Shown piece after piece: positions 37,291 to 50,191 of a stretch of 64,000 nt of DNA (the stretch's first letter is position 1; every line of letters begins with the position of its first letter). Origin of the DNA: Podarcis filfolensis (lineage: Eukaryota); assembly GCA_964270895.1 (NCBI GenBank), contig OZ185443.1, one strand, 5' to 3'. The position numbers and the translations under genes are program-made. Under the pieces are notes generated by a model. The model saw only the letters and a program-made list of their open reading frames with translations, was not told the DNA's origin and did not search any database.

Positions 37291-38883
37291 GATTCATGAG
37301 ACTTCCCAGGCTGGTGGCCACACTCACCAGCCACACCCACCAGCCCCACACCTGCAGTCATATATGACACCAGGTGTGTGGCGGGTAAAGGCAGGTGTTG
37401 GCCAAAAGGGGCTTTGCAGGCTCTACCAATTGGCAGTGCTCGCAAAGCTCTGTTGCACAGTGCTTCCAAAGAGCCCAACAAGCAGCACAAAAGACCTTTA
37501 CAAGTGTCAATCATTGGCATCATTAGGATGTCACATGGGCTAGTAGGCTGTCCTATATACCTATCAAAGTTAGTTCGTGGAGATGGAGGGGAGATAAGAT
37601 TCTGACCTGCCATGTGAAAGCAGTCCTCCACCCTAGACGCACCAGTAGTAAAAGGCAGCTTCATATTTCATGCAGATGAGCTAGCCATGTGTCATAAGAC
37701 TGTCAGTGGCAGTGGAACATGAGTGGGGGAAATCCTGTTGCACTTATGTCCTGTTTGCGAGCTTCCCATACACATCTAGCTGTCCACTGTAGTAAGAGAA
37801 TGCTACACTAGATTGGCCTTTGTTAGCCACTTGTTTTCATGCTTTGATTTGAACAAATGTATACAAATAGCCATGGTAAAATATGCAGAAGTTGTGCTGG
37901 AAGAAAGAAGTACATTTTGCAGTACATGTTTCCTTTTCTTCTGCAATATTTTCATGTGATACCTTCCTTAAACTATTAGCCAGTACTTTTTTTCTAAAAA
38001 AAAGTTTAGGGGTACTCTCATTTTCCTACTCATATTGAAATACTGCCCCTCAATGAGGCCAAACTTAGATTCACAAAATGTTTAGGGGTATGCATATCCC
38101 TGCGTCCCGCAGAAAAAACCCACTGGTATTAGCAATATGACTACTATTTTGTTGAATTTGCAAGTTGAGACTTTCATTTTAAGTCTGAATTTTAATTCTC
38201 TTCTGATATTTCTTTAGCTTTCACTATGCTTGCCAGTTACTTAAACCCTTGGCTTTTAAAATGAGACTTGGCGTCAGAGTGATTAGGGCTCTATTTGCAA
38301 AGAATACTATAATGTTTATTGCTTGGGTTCTATCAAAGCACGTTCTCTGTGTTTTATTATTATGCTGTGTAAATATACCATAGGACAGAATATACCTTCT
38401 TTGGTTTTCACAAACACTGAATTAGCTTAAGCTCTTGTCTATATTTTGACAGCTTTCTGCAAGACTTACAAGTCCAATTACCTCTCGTCTCCCAAGGTAG
38501 CTCCTATGTCCTTTATTCCATGATTGGTCTCAGTGTTTGATAATGGCTTACAAAGGATAGCACCTAGGCAGGAATCCAAGTGCTGCCTTTCTGGGTAGAC
38601 AGCTGTAGCTGTACTCTAGAAAGTACACTCAAATTTAGTTCCATGGAAGTACCTCTTCAAAACCTTTAAAAAACTTTTCATGCCAAATATTTTGGTATTT
38701 AAAGGACAAAAGAGTGTGAATGTACTGTCTGCTACACTTGTGTTGTGAAACAAACCACTTTTGGAGTGTAGATGTTTGAAGATTATTGGGCAGGTTGAGA
38801 GAAACTTCCACACCACATTCAATAATATGCATACATTTCAGAACCCATGCCATGGGTCAAAACAATTGATAGTCCTCCTAGAT

Positions 38884-39256
38884 CAGGGCAGTCCAACATT
38901 TCATACAAAGTGGACTGCAAGAGTACTTTGACACGGAACCCAAAGGCTAAAATTTGACACTCTCCAAGCCCTCACACTGTCTTCTGGAAGCTAAGTGAGG
39001 TGCCATGCTTTGGGAAGAAGTCACGAGGTTCTGGTAGGATCCTGGAGCCCTCCTTCCTCCTTCCCAAAGTTGGGTAAGCACTAACTAGGACCCTGTCAGA
39101 GCCCTCATGCTTCCTTCCCAAAGCCCAGTGTCTCACTTACCTAGCTTTGGGAAGGCATCCCAAGGGCTGGGGGCGGGCATCAAATGTTGTCAAGGGCCAC
39201 CAAAAAAGGTATTTCAGGCTGCAGGTGGCCCTTGAGCAGTATTCTGGACCACTCTG
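38884..39256. mobile_element. Non-autonomous hAT (7766 family)
   Basis: CAGGGCAGTCCAA...TGGACCACTCTG termini; perfect TSD tcctagat. Confidence 0.88.
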
Positions 39257-39819
39257 TCCTAGATGAAGGCAGATGTAACATTGTTAAAATAGTGTTGACA
39301 ATTTGGAAGCATTGTAGGTGTACTCAGTCCAAATTTCTCATCGCGCTCTAGCTTTGAGTTCTGGAGGATGGATGAAAATTTGCTACATAAGCTGGTTGTT
39401 CACTGTACTGGCTGGCTATTGCCTACTACAAGGTTCCCCAGTCCCAGAACATTCCTTAAGGAAAAGGGTTCCTTCTAAAAGTTAATGAGAAGGTGATGGA
39501 TTATTTATTTTCAAATGTATATCATGATTATTATTCTTTGTGCTTCAGCAGGTTCAAGGTTGTATGCAAAGTTAAAATACATAATTAGCTAATAAACAAT
39601 TTAGGGTGGTAGTCAACTAAGTTTTACTCAGAGTAGACCCGTTGATATTAATGAACATGACTGAGTTAGGTCCATCAATTTTGATGGATCTATGTAGTTG
39701 AATTACCATGCCAGTCTAAACCACAACAGCAATAAAACATTTTTACTTAAGAGCACTGAGTGAAGGATGGGGAGAAAAAAATGTATGTATGCTGCTTTAA
39801 GAAATAAAAATATAAGAAA

Positions 39820-39960
39820 ATAATAATATGTATACCCCACCCATATGACTGGGTTGCCCCAGCCATTCTGGGCAGCTTCCAACATATTAAAAACACAGCA
39901 AACATCAAACATTAAAAACTTCCCAATACAGGGCTACCTTCAGATGTCTTCAGAAAATTG
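39820..39960 (-). mobile_element. L2 LINE 3' end
   Basis: aataataat..tataccccacccatatgactgggttgccccagccattctgggcagcttccaacata. Confidence 0.75.
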
Positions 39961-40009
39961 TTTATCTGTTTGACATCTGATGGGAGGGTGTTCCCTTTGC
40001 CTTTGCCTT

Positions 40010-40190
40010 GTTCCCTGTAAGACAAGCCTGCAGGATCAGGCCAAGGGAACATCTAGTTAAGCATCCTGTTCTCACAGTGGCCAACCAGATGCCTATGGAA
40101 GCCTGTAGGCAGACCATGAGCGCAACAGCACTCTCTGCCCATCTGCAATTCCTAGTAACTAGTATTCAGAGGACAACTTGCCTTAAGTAA
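40010..40190 (-). mobile_element. CR1 3' end; further copies at about 42557-42770 (-) and 37680-37830 (+)
   Basis: aagcctgcaggatcaggccaaggg..catcctgttctcacagtggccaaccagatgcctatggaagcc. Confidence 0.75.
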
Positions 40191-42998
40191 GGGTGTAGAG
40201 TGTGTCTGACGGCCAAGTGAGTATTCATTTTGTTAAAGTGCATGTCTGTAGCTTCCATGCCTGGAGGAAGCCCTTTGCAGGGCTCAGCCAAGGGACCTGC
40301 TCATTTTGTATTTTCTCATTCTCCGCTCTTACTTTAGGCTGCATTTCTGTGCAGCGTTGCACATATTGTAAAGTTACCAGCCCTTCCCCCCGCCCCGAGT
40401 TGTAAATCCTACATTCTCTACAGCTAACCACGTTTGACAAAGAAGAACAGAGAATGCTTATTCCAACATTTCAGCTAGCGATAGAGGGGGCATTATGTTT
40501 GCCCACCACTTTATGCACCATGTTTGGGTTTTCCCAGCCACCGAATGTTTAATTTGCTTGCTAAACACACGCTGTTCAAGGATGAGGGAAGCACACTGAC
40601 TTCTCACTGAGGCCCGTCCTACGTAGGCAGAACTTATGGGGTAATAAATGGACTGTTTGCTCATGCTGCCTCCGAAGGACATATTTGAAGGAAAAGTCTT
40701 TCCTGTGTCTGTACACAAGTCGCTTTAGCCTGAGGTCAGCTGGCTCTGTGCATCTGCCAACACACAAGAGGATTTGACTATTGGCACGTTACATCAAATA
40801 TCACTTTTGTAGTATTTGTGATGGCCTGCTAAAAACCAAACTTTGAACACAGTGGCAGATGGCACACAACTGAAATCACCTTGTAGCTGGGGATTGGAGG
40901 GAGGAGAGAACGGTGTTGTGGGAATCTTTCCAGACTTCTGTTGAGACTTCTTTCCAAAGCAACTTCAGTACACAAACTAAGAGAGAGAGAAAGTTCTGTT
41001 TAAAAGCGTTGAAATTTTGCTGCTGCAAAACCTTTCCCAACCCCACTTACCAAATAAATTAATACAGTGTTTTAAGCACTGTTTGTACATTTGTATAGAA
41101 GTGTGGGATAACTGTGCTACATGTTTCCACAGCTCTCGGGTTGCTATTGCTCCTAAACCCTAACCGATCCCATCAGTTAATTAAATTAAATTAAATTAAA
41201 TTAAAACTGACCACATGTGTAATTGCCCACCAACAGCAAACAATAAACAAACAAAGGAGAGAGAGAAAATGAGGAGATGCTAAAATGTTGGGTAACAACC
41301 ATGTCTTGCATAATGATGGCAAATTATTCGGAATATTACATTTGGGTGATAAAACATAGATGCAGAGATGATGATCTAACCTTTGTGATTCCCTCTGGAG
41401 GACCCCAAACCTTTTTATTAGAAAACTATCAGCCCCTTGGGAAGAAAGCAGCATACCTTCTGTGCTTCTGCTCTGTCCCCTGCTGGCTCCCTCCCCTGTT
41501 CCCTGCTGTTTGGCTCTTGGAAGCCCTAAGCTTCTACCCTCACTTCCTGCTGTGAAACAGCTGACAGGCAGCTGCGGGGGCTGGAACTGGCTGCTTCTTG
41601 AGAGCAAAAGCTGCTGTGGCTTGGAGAAGGTGTGTGTATGTGGGGAGAGAGAGTGCTGTTCACTTGTTCTAAAGATTGCCTTGCGCTGGAACAGCTGAAG
41701 TCCAGTCCTGAAATGCCAATTAATCAGAATGGGTTTTGAAACATTAAACTCAAAAGTTTGCTGAAGACTATAGTAGTAACCGCAGCAATAAAAAATGTTG
41801 TTCCAGTCTCAGTCTGTGATGGAAATCGGGAAATATAAATGCTCCCAAAGGAAATGAATGACTGGAAGTGTGACAGAGCTCCCACTAAAGAATGAACATA
41901 CCTGCTACCCTTTCGAGAGATGGAAAAACATGATATTCTATTGCCCCATCACTGGTGCTCAGATTAGAGCCAGTGATGCTTCTGACCATGCAAGGACATG
42001 AATGTACACAATGAGTAAGAGTAGCTGACTTTAAAAAGATTGTTATTTTTTTATAACTAGGGTGACTTCTTACTCCAAGCCCCTATCTCCTGCTTTTGTG
42101 TCCCACCTGTCAACTGCTACCATTAATCTCACTTGCAGAAAGCAACTAGCAAGATAGACTGCTTTTACCTGTCTGTCTGTTCAGATGGTACCCACTTCAC
42201 GGTCTCAAAACTTTGCAATGGCTTTTGAGTCTCTTACGTACCAAAACTAAATATATTCTAGGTTTCAGGCCATTTTTCGTTCTAATAGTAACTTCAGAGC
42301 CTGTTGTCCAGATTTCTTTTTCTTTCCAGGTATCAGTTCAACATCTTTAGCAGTATGATGAAAAGAGAATTTTCCAAGTTGAATTGCCACGCCAGCATCA
42401 TGGAAGTCAGTCCCCGAGCGGCGAGGCCTCCGCACCACGCTGGTTTAGCACAGGGATTGACCAAGTGGACGGCGGGGCTTGCAAGGTCCATGGGCTGGAT
42501 TAACGAGCCCGGTGGGCCATATCCAGCCCCCGGGCTTTAGTTTGCCGACCCCTGCCTAAGAACATTAGAAGAGCCCTGCTGGCTGAAAACGTCATCTTCT
42601 GCCAGTGGCCAACCAGATCTCTATGGGAAGCTCTCAGACAGGAGAAACGCACAACAGCACTCTCTCTCCCCATGTGATTCTCAGCATCTAGTATTGAGAG
42701 GTATACTGCCTCTGACTTTGGAGGCAGAGCATAGGAATTGTGGTTGATAGTCTTCCATGGAGGTTGAGTCTATCTTGAAACACTATCACCGTGGGTATGC
42801 CAACAAAGTGGGTTAGAATTCATATGGATCTTACTACTTAAATCATCCTCTGTGTATAATATGGAGCTTCTCTTACCTTATCATTGAGCACTCTGTGTTT
42901 TCCCATGAACCAGAGAAATTAGAACTAATGCTGTCCTTTATTTTTAGCATGTTCTTGTACAAAAACGTAACATTCGTTCTTTCTCTCCTTATTTGCAG

Positions 42999-43106
42999 TG
43001 GCACGCATTGTCCCGTGAAGAACAAGCTAAATATTATGAACTAGCTCGGAAAGAAAGGCAGCTACACATGCAGCTCTACCCAGGCTGGTCTGCAAGGGAC
43101 AACTAC
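42999..43106 (+). CDS. LEF1: LEF1 exon 9 (108 nt), C-terminal half of the HMG box: [36 protein letters not shown]
   Basis: Acceptor cttatttgcag|TGGCAC; donor AACTAC|gtaagc. Confidence 0.99.
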
Positions 43107-45030
43107 GTAAGCCGATTATTTACACTTTCTTCAGCTAGCATTTGCAGTAGTTAAAAGTCTAGGTGAGGGTAGCAGCTAGGCCATGAGATGCACCGTCGGC
43201 CTTGTGTTCACTTTGAATTAAGTGCCATTTATTCTCTTGCCTTTCTTTAGATTGCTTCTGCATATCCCAAACTAATCTGGAATTGGCCATGGGTGTGTTC
43301 CTGGTCCAGCTTTATACCATGTGACAAATAACATCAAAACAGCAATTAAGGGATAGATAGCTTTGCAAACATCTGGAGCACTGTCCCCCACCTGATAACT
43401 CTTTTGACGCATGCTTATCACATGGTTAATAAAAACACAGACAATGAATCTCTTCTGAAGGTGGCTTGTTGGATTTTCCTGGAACTAATCTGAGCTGTAT
43501 GTTTGTGCTTTGTGTGTAAGGCTTGCTTGTGTATGGATTTTATTTTATTTTATTAAGTAGGTAGAATGGATGTGAACTAAATTTCACACCTTGATTTGAA
43601 AAGAACAGTCATCTTCAGCTGCAGACGTATTATAAATTAATTATAAAAAAACTGTTTAGTCAGTGCTGCTTTAAAAAAATTATACATATTTAATTATGAA
43701 AAAAATTAACAAGCTAGACCGCTCATACCAAAACCCAGTGATGATACTGTTAATGTTGAACATTTTGCCATTTACTCATTAAAACTTATCTTTCTGTATT
43801 AAAAAAAAATTCCATACCCATGATAGCCTAGAAACTATTTGTCTGGGAATTAGCTAAGAATGAGCCTTGATCACTCCTAAATAAAGAATTCAAAGAGAAG
43901 CCTAATCCCAGACCTAGTTCTTACTTTGAAAATGCAGTGTGTCACACATTCATAAAAAACCCTCAATCCTTTGTTTGCTACAGCCATAATCCAGTATGCC
44001 TAGTTAATGATAGGTAAATAGACTTGCCCCTGAGTAAAACTCCATAAAAGAGCCACTGAGCTTCAGAGCACAGAGAATCTCTTTTGCCCAGAACCTACAT
44101 TCACTTAATAAAACATTTTGTCTGCTCTTAATTTAAATCTCTTCTGAAAGACTTGTTTTATCATAATGAATTGTGTTAAAATGGGAGAGAGGAGGGTAGT
44201 ACTGTAACCATGCAGCTACTAGGAGCTAAACCCATGTGCTGCAGAGTATAGATTGGTTCTATTGAGAGTTTATGCTGAAAACATGTGATAGCCAGTCCGA
44301 CCTTTAAAACTGCGATCTCTTTCCAGTTGGAAAATGCTTTGCTTTCTGTCAAACACCCTAACCAAAATGTTTTGAGGCAGTCATGAGTATTTGCAAGAGC
44401 ACAGATTTATATGTTACTCTTTGTTGCAGAAATGCATCATTTTGCAGCATTTCACATTACCACTCCTTATTACAGTTATACAGAGCTTTTGGCTTACAAA
44501 TACAGGCCTACAACTTGAATCATGGCTTCAAATGTTGTTTTAGTCTATTACTCATTATAATATATGTAACTGGGGTCCGGTAGCATTTTTCTGAAACAAG
44601 TTTCAATGTGTCTGCTTCCTGCAAGTATAGTCATCTAGGATATTTTCTTCCTTGAAATGACTTCTACTAAAAGAAGTACTCTTCACACTTAAACAACTGA
44701 GTAAGGTTTAAGGCACTTTGCAGAGCCTAGAGCTGTTTTGAGGAGGGTCTTTTTACACTACACTGAAACTCCTAAGTTTTTTGTACCTGAATATAGGCAA
44801 AATTGTTAGAAGAATAATCCTTGAGGGATCACATAAATATGGAGATATTGAATTTGCTTTGGCTGGAAAACCCCAAATGAATATAATAGTTAAAAATAAC
44901 ATGGAGATAATCAGAAATGGCTTTTGATGTGCTATCACCCTTTCAGAAATGTTAAGTATTTTGAAGGAAGGTGATTTATATGATTGTAAAAAGTGTCTGC
45001 CCCCCTCCCCGCTTTTCTTGCCTAATATAG

Positions 45031-45079
45031 GGAAAGAAAAAGAAGAGGAAGAGAGAAAAGCTACAAGAGTCTACTGCAG
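45031..45079 (+). CDS. LEF1: LEF1 exon 10 (49 nt), basic tail/NLS: GKKKKRKREKLQESTA(G)
   Basis: Acceptor cctaatatag|GGAAAG; donor CTGCAG|gtatgc; ends in phase 1. Confidence 0.98.
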
Positions 45080-46113
45080 GTATGCTTTATGAGTAGAGCT
45101 TCATGTTAAATATGTGTGCTATTTGAAAAATTCAGCACTTCCTTTAATGCTTATTTCTGATTCTATATATAGAATTCTTTGCACAAACACTTCTCTATTG
45201 AATAGTACATATTCTAATGGATACTACTGCTGTCTTTATTGCCTTTTCGGTCTACACTCAGTGGGGTGTCAAACTGTAGACTTGCTCTCATTTTGAGGGA
45301 ATGTATGGAATCCAGCTCTGTACTGTTTGGAAGGGAAGTGTGGCCTTCCCTTTTCTTGGAGGTCAGTACAGGCAGAAAGCCTGGAGATCACTGATAACAC
45401 CTGCAAGCGCAGTTTACAATACGTTCCAAGTGCTCTTCGCCAGAGGTCTGCACAGAAAGAAGAAGCACCATTTGTAGAACATCCAGCCTTTGCTGCTTCT
45501 TTGTACAAGCTCATGCTCTAATGGCAATGGCAGCTGAAGATTGTTTGCAGTAGCTGCAGAATTGCCACCACTAGCCCTACACATATAGGCATGGATGTTT
45601 TAAAAAAGAAGCAGTGGAGGGCTGTTTCCTTTGATTCCAATCTGCATCCTGGTCTAGCTTCAACAAGTAGTAGCTGGGAGCCACTACTGGTTGAATCATA
45701 GTCCCTACTGACTCTACTGACCTCCAGAAGTAGGGCGAGAGAGGGAGGGAACAGGAAGCAACAGGTATTCGGGTCTACACTTTCCCTCACTGTGAAGATA
45801 ACTGGTTGACTGATTTGGTATGGGGATGCTGCACTGTTTCATATATTCTCCTATAGTTCTCAAATGTAATTAAACATTTTTAAAAAGACAGGAGGAGCTG
45901 GTCTTTACAGCTGCCTGGTAGGTTGGCTCAAAGCATCAGTGAGGTCCTTTCACTTTTTTGTATATTAAATAAAACAAAATGGCTGGTATAAGAACCATGA
46001 AAGGCAGAGGAAATCAATCGGCAATCAATATTCTAGTAAAATACCTTCTATTTGGAGTGTGCAAAAAATAAATTCTTCAATGGAAATTTGTTAAAAGCAA
46101 CAATCTTCTACAG

Positions 46114-46148
46114 GTGCAGCCCCACGAATGACAGCTGCCTACATCTGA
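46114..46148 (+). CDS. LEF1: LEF1 exon 11 coding part, N-tail: (G)AAPRMTAAYI*; the whole exon is 46114-46154 (41 nt)
   Basis: Acceptor tcttctacag|GTGCAG; TGA at 46146-46148; donor AGCATG|gtaaga. Confidence 0.97.
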
Positions 46149-46837
46149 AGCATGGTAAGAATATTTCTAAAGCCTTTCTGCTAAATTTATTATTATTATT
46201 ATTTTAAAAATTGTCTCTCTCACTTTGACTCTTGAACTATATAGCACATGGCTTTTTAAAGTGCTTTCTCCTCAAATGAATGCTCTCACAATTGATGGTT
46301 TTTATACCGGCTGTGTATTTTAGCCCCAACTCTTTTTGTTATTTAACTTGCATGAACCAAACTGATCATACCTCACTGACTAGCTGCAAGTCTGCCTGTA
46401 GGGCACAAAAATGATTTCACAAAGTCAGGGATGGGGAGCTTCTGGCCCTCTAGATGTTGTTGGACTCTGACTCCCATCAGCCCCAGCTAGTGGGGTCATG
46501 GGAGTTGGAGTCTAGCATCTTCTGGGGACCCACAGATTCCCTATCCCTGCATTAAGTAGTTGAACCATTTTGGCTGGCAGTGTACTGCACAAATCCTCAT
46601 TAGAAGCGAGTTAGAATGGTTTCTAAGCACCCAAATTAATTCTCCATAATCGGTTAGAAGTATATTGCAGGCTGGGCAGCAGAAGGGAGCACTGGTTTGA
46701 CATTCTGATGTTCTGTTTTGTTTGAATGTCATAGTTATGAATGCTATAAGGAAGTGGATCTTTATTTAATCTCTTTTGACTCCTATCTGCTATAAATACA
46801 TGTGTTAAATGTTGGGTGTGGTAAATACCACAGTACT

Positions 46838-47080
46838 AAAAGGTAAAGGGACCCCTGACCATTAGGTCCAATTGTGACCGACTCTGGGGTTGCGGCGCTC
46901 ATCTCGCTTTACTGGCCGAGGGAGCCAGCGTACAGCTTCCGGGTCATGTGGCCAGCATGACTAAACTGCTTCTGGCAAACCAGAGCAGCACACGGAAACA
47001 CCATTCACCTTCCTGCTGGAGCGGTCCCTATTTATCTACTTGCACTTTGACGTGCTTTCGAACTGCTAGGTTGGCAGGAG
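46838..47080 (-). mobile_element. Sauria SINE, 5'-truncated
   Basis: Tail aaaaggtaaaggg; perfect 11-bp TSD accacagtact. Confidence 0.95.
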
Positions 47081-47156
47081 ACCACAGTACTTACAAAGGG
47101 ATTAAAGTTGTGGAGGTTAAGGTAGATATTGAAATAAATGCCAGTAATGGCTATGT

Positions 47157-47233
47157 GAAGACAGGAGTGCCTGGCGTGCTCTGGTCCATGGGGTCACGAA
47201 GAGTCGGAGACGACTAAACGACTAAACAAACAA
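47157..47233 (+). mobile_element. Bov-B LINE 3' terminus
   Basis: gaagacaggagtgcctggcgtgctctggtccatggggtcacgaagagtcggagacgactaaacgactaaacaa; imperfect TSD gtaatggctatgt/gcaatggttatgt. Confidence 0.88.
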
Positions 47234-47720
47234 GCAATGGTTATGTAACTAAATGTCTGCTGAAAGTGCAAAGGTTAAGTTTCACATTGCCATGATTTTA
47301 AACCTGAATGATAGACTTTTCTACTGCTTAGTTTACTATCAAATGAGCTAATGTGTTGCATGGTGTGTTTGCAGAAATCTAGATATAAATTAGCTTTGAT
47401 GCTATTGAATTTGGGATATGGTGTTAAGGGTTCAATAACATCACACAGATTTTGTTTCTTTGCCTACCTCTAGAAAGCCCTCTGCTGGCTCATTTGCAAA
47501 TGGATGCTTTATATCTGCTGCTCAGACTGATTTTATGAAAGGAAATGTAATGACAGAAACTGCAGCCTATCCTTAAGCAGTTTTGGAGGTTTTGTTTTGT
47601 TTCATTTTTTTTAAAATCCAAGTGATCCTTTCTCTACTTTTTTCTGTGGTGGATTTGGAACTTAATGGTCCTACAGCAGTTCATCTCACATTTTTCACTG
47701 AAAGTTTGGATACTATAGAA

Positions 47721-47839
47721 CAGGCTTCCTCAAACTCAGCCCTCCAGATGTTTTGAGAGTACAATTCCCATCATCCCTGACCACTGGTCCTGCTAGCTAG
47801 GGATCATGGGAATTGGAGGGCCGAGTTTGAGGAAGCCTG
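47721..47839. mobile_element. hAT palindromic MITE (CAGGCTTCCTCAAACT variant)
   Basis: TIRs plus TSD ctatagaa/atatagaa. Confidence 0.9.
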
Positions 47840-48687
47840 ATATAGAACATAGTCACACCAATTCCATGCATAGAAATCGCAAAACATGAGGTTGGAGTGA
47901 GTGACGGAATGAACGAATGAATAAAAATCTTGTGTCTCTTTCAAGTTAAAGGCATGTCGTCTGGATCAGTTATCTTGAAGACTGGGAACATCACATTTCC
48001 CCACCAAGCTATTGCTTTTGGGAAAATTAGATATCCTTAAATAGACAGGTTTCTCTGAGGATTCAATACAACAGATGACTGAACCACTGCTCATTTTTTG
48101 TGTGCTATAAATTGATCATCTAAGAAGCCTTGTGAGTTTAGGAAACAAATGAGTCTCTAGCCGAAAGCATCCAGCGCTCAGGAAGAAAGGCATTAAATAT
48201 CCTGGATAGCTCCTATGAGCTCCTTTCACTTGTCTTCCTGACCTAGTTGGGCTGCCAACACAACTCTCCTTACCCTTTCCTTCATTTCCTAGTGCTGTCC
48301 CTCTTCTTAATCCACACTCCTCTAAATCCCCAAATCTCTTGTGCAAAAAAGTAGATATATGCAAATTGGCTTAATTTTCATAATCCTGTTGATAGAATTT
48401 TTGGGGGGGGGTTGGCACTGTGTACACACATCTGCTACTATAGCTTGCCCTAAGCAGAGAGCAGGACCAAGAAGTACCCATCATAGGAAATGGGCTTCCA
48501 GCAAAACAAATGCAGATGATAAAAGCATCCAACACACACGGCTGAATGTGACCTATTATGGGGGAAAGCCTCTAACATGGCCATTACTTAATAATTTCTC
48601 AGGGTGGTTTCACACTTGCCCCCCCAAGTCCAGCTGTTGCATAATGTCATTGGAGTTTAGTCATTGGAGTTTTATTAAACTGTTTGT

Positions 48688-48736
<49 letters not shown>

Positions 48737-48750
48737 GCTTGCTTGCTTGC
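48688..48750 (+). repeat. Compound (GT)n(GCTT)n microsatellite
   Basis: Direct runs. Confidence 0.9.
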
Positions 48751-49966
48751 TGTTTTATGACCTTTAGTTACTAATATGTCTTTAAATTATTAGTTACAAA
48801 TATAAATACCTATTAGGAGGGAAAATGAAAATAAAACTGCCAGTATTTTATTTTCATTTATTTTAAAACATTTGCATTGTGAAAACAAGAGAAATGCAGT
48901 GCCCACAGAATCCAAGAGAATCTAGTACAAGTAGTCAGTTGGTGTAAACCACCCAGGAACACTTGGGTAAACAAAAAGGTTTACAGCATGTGCCAAAAAC
49001 ACAAAATAGTTTCTGCATACCTTAATTTCTGGAGGCTGTTTAACATGATAGGTGCTAGTAAAGGCCCTACTCTGATTGGCTGCTAAGTGGACATGTGACA
49101 CCACGGGGAGGGGGCAGGGCTTACCTAATGACCTTAGTGACTGAGGAAATCCCTATTGTAGAGTTGGGAATGGTGAAGAAAAAGTCAACCAAAAGTATTT
49201 GGCACCTCTTAAACTGATGACTTCAACTGAGACTAGCAGCACAATCCTATGCATCTTTACTCAGAAGTAAATCTCACCATGTCCTATAGGGCTTATTTGC
49301 ACCAAGTATGTATAGGACTGCAGCCTGCTGAGGAGGGCATGATAGAGGCTGATATCATAAAACACCTGGATTTTTAGACAATACTTTCAATGAGTGCAGT
49401 AATCATGGTGCCCTCTGGCTGCTTCAAGCATCTTGAAAATGACAGCACATTTTAGACAGCCCTTGGCCACTTTGTAAAAATATGCCCTCCCATCAGATGT
49501 TGTAGTAGTATGCCATGATTGAACTATGCCATGGATTATTATTTTTTAAATAAATGGAATCCAATCTGCATTTCCATGTTCTGATTTGAACACGGGCACA
49601 GGAGTTGTGAAGCAAGGAGGTTTGCTTCAAACTGTGGAATGAACCAAATTTATTCCATATCCCTAGTTCTTTAGAGGAAAAACTTAACTGCTAAGCAAAA
49701 TTTCTCTAGCTGATATGAGACTATATACTAAGTTATCCAGAAGTAGTAGAGAAATTATGTGGTTTATGTATTTGCCTGCTAATAACTATTGCTTTGAAAT
49801 GTCTAAGGATATATAATAGAAAATGAAAAAGCCGATGTGCTAAATGGTGGGAATATTTAAACATGTCTGGCTAGCCATACCTTCAGTTGTGCATCTCATA
49901 ATGTCTTGCCGCAACACACATAGCTTCCCTAAACATTGAAGTGTGTGTGTGTGTCTGTTGCTTTTA

Positions 49967-50191
49967 CAATGGTACCTCGGGTTAAGAACTTAATTCATTC
50001 TGGAGGTCTGTTCTTAACCTGAAAGTGTTCTTAACCTGGGGTGCACTTTAGCTAATGGGGCCTCCTGCTGCTGCCACGCCACCACCACGCAATTTCTGTT
50101 CTCATCCTGAAGCAAAGTTCTTAATCCGAGGTACTATTTCTGGGTTAGCGGAGTCTGTAAACTGAAGCGTCTGTAATCGGAGGTACCCCTG
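49967..50191 (-). mobile_element. Tigger-like MITE (3398 family)
   Basis: CAATGGTACCTCGG...GAGGTACCCCTG, flanked by TA. Confidence 0.88.

Noticed and set aside
46381-46420. TGT AGG GCA (C-R-A) as a possible C-clamp remnant
   Set aside because: Followed by QK-stop, out of phase with the nearby AG, and lacks FGL or WC..C.
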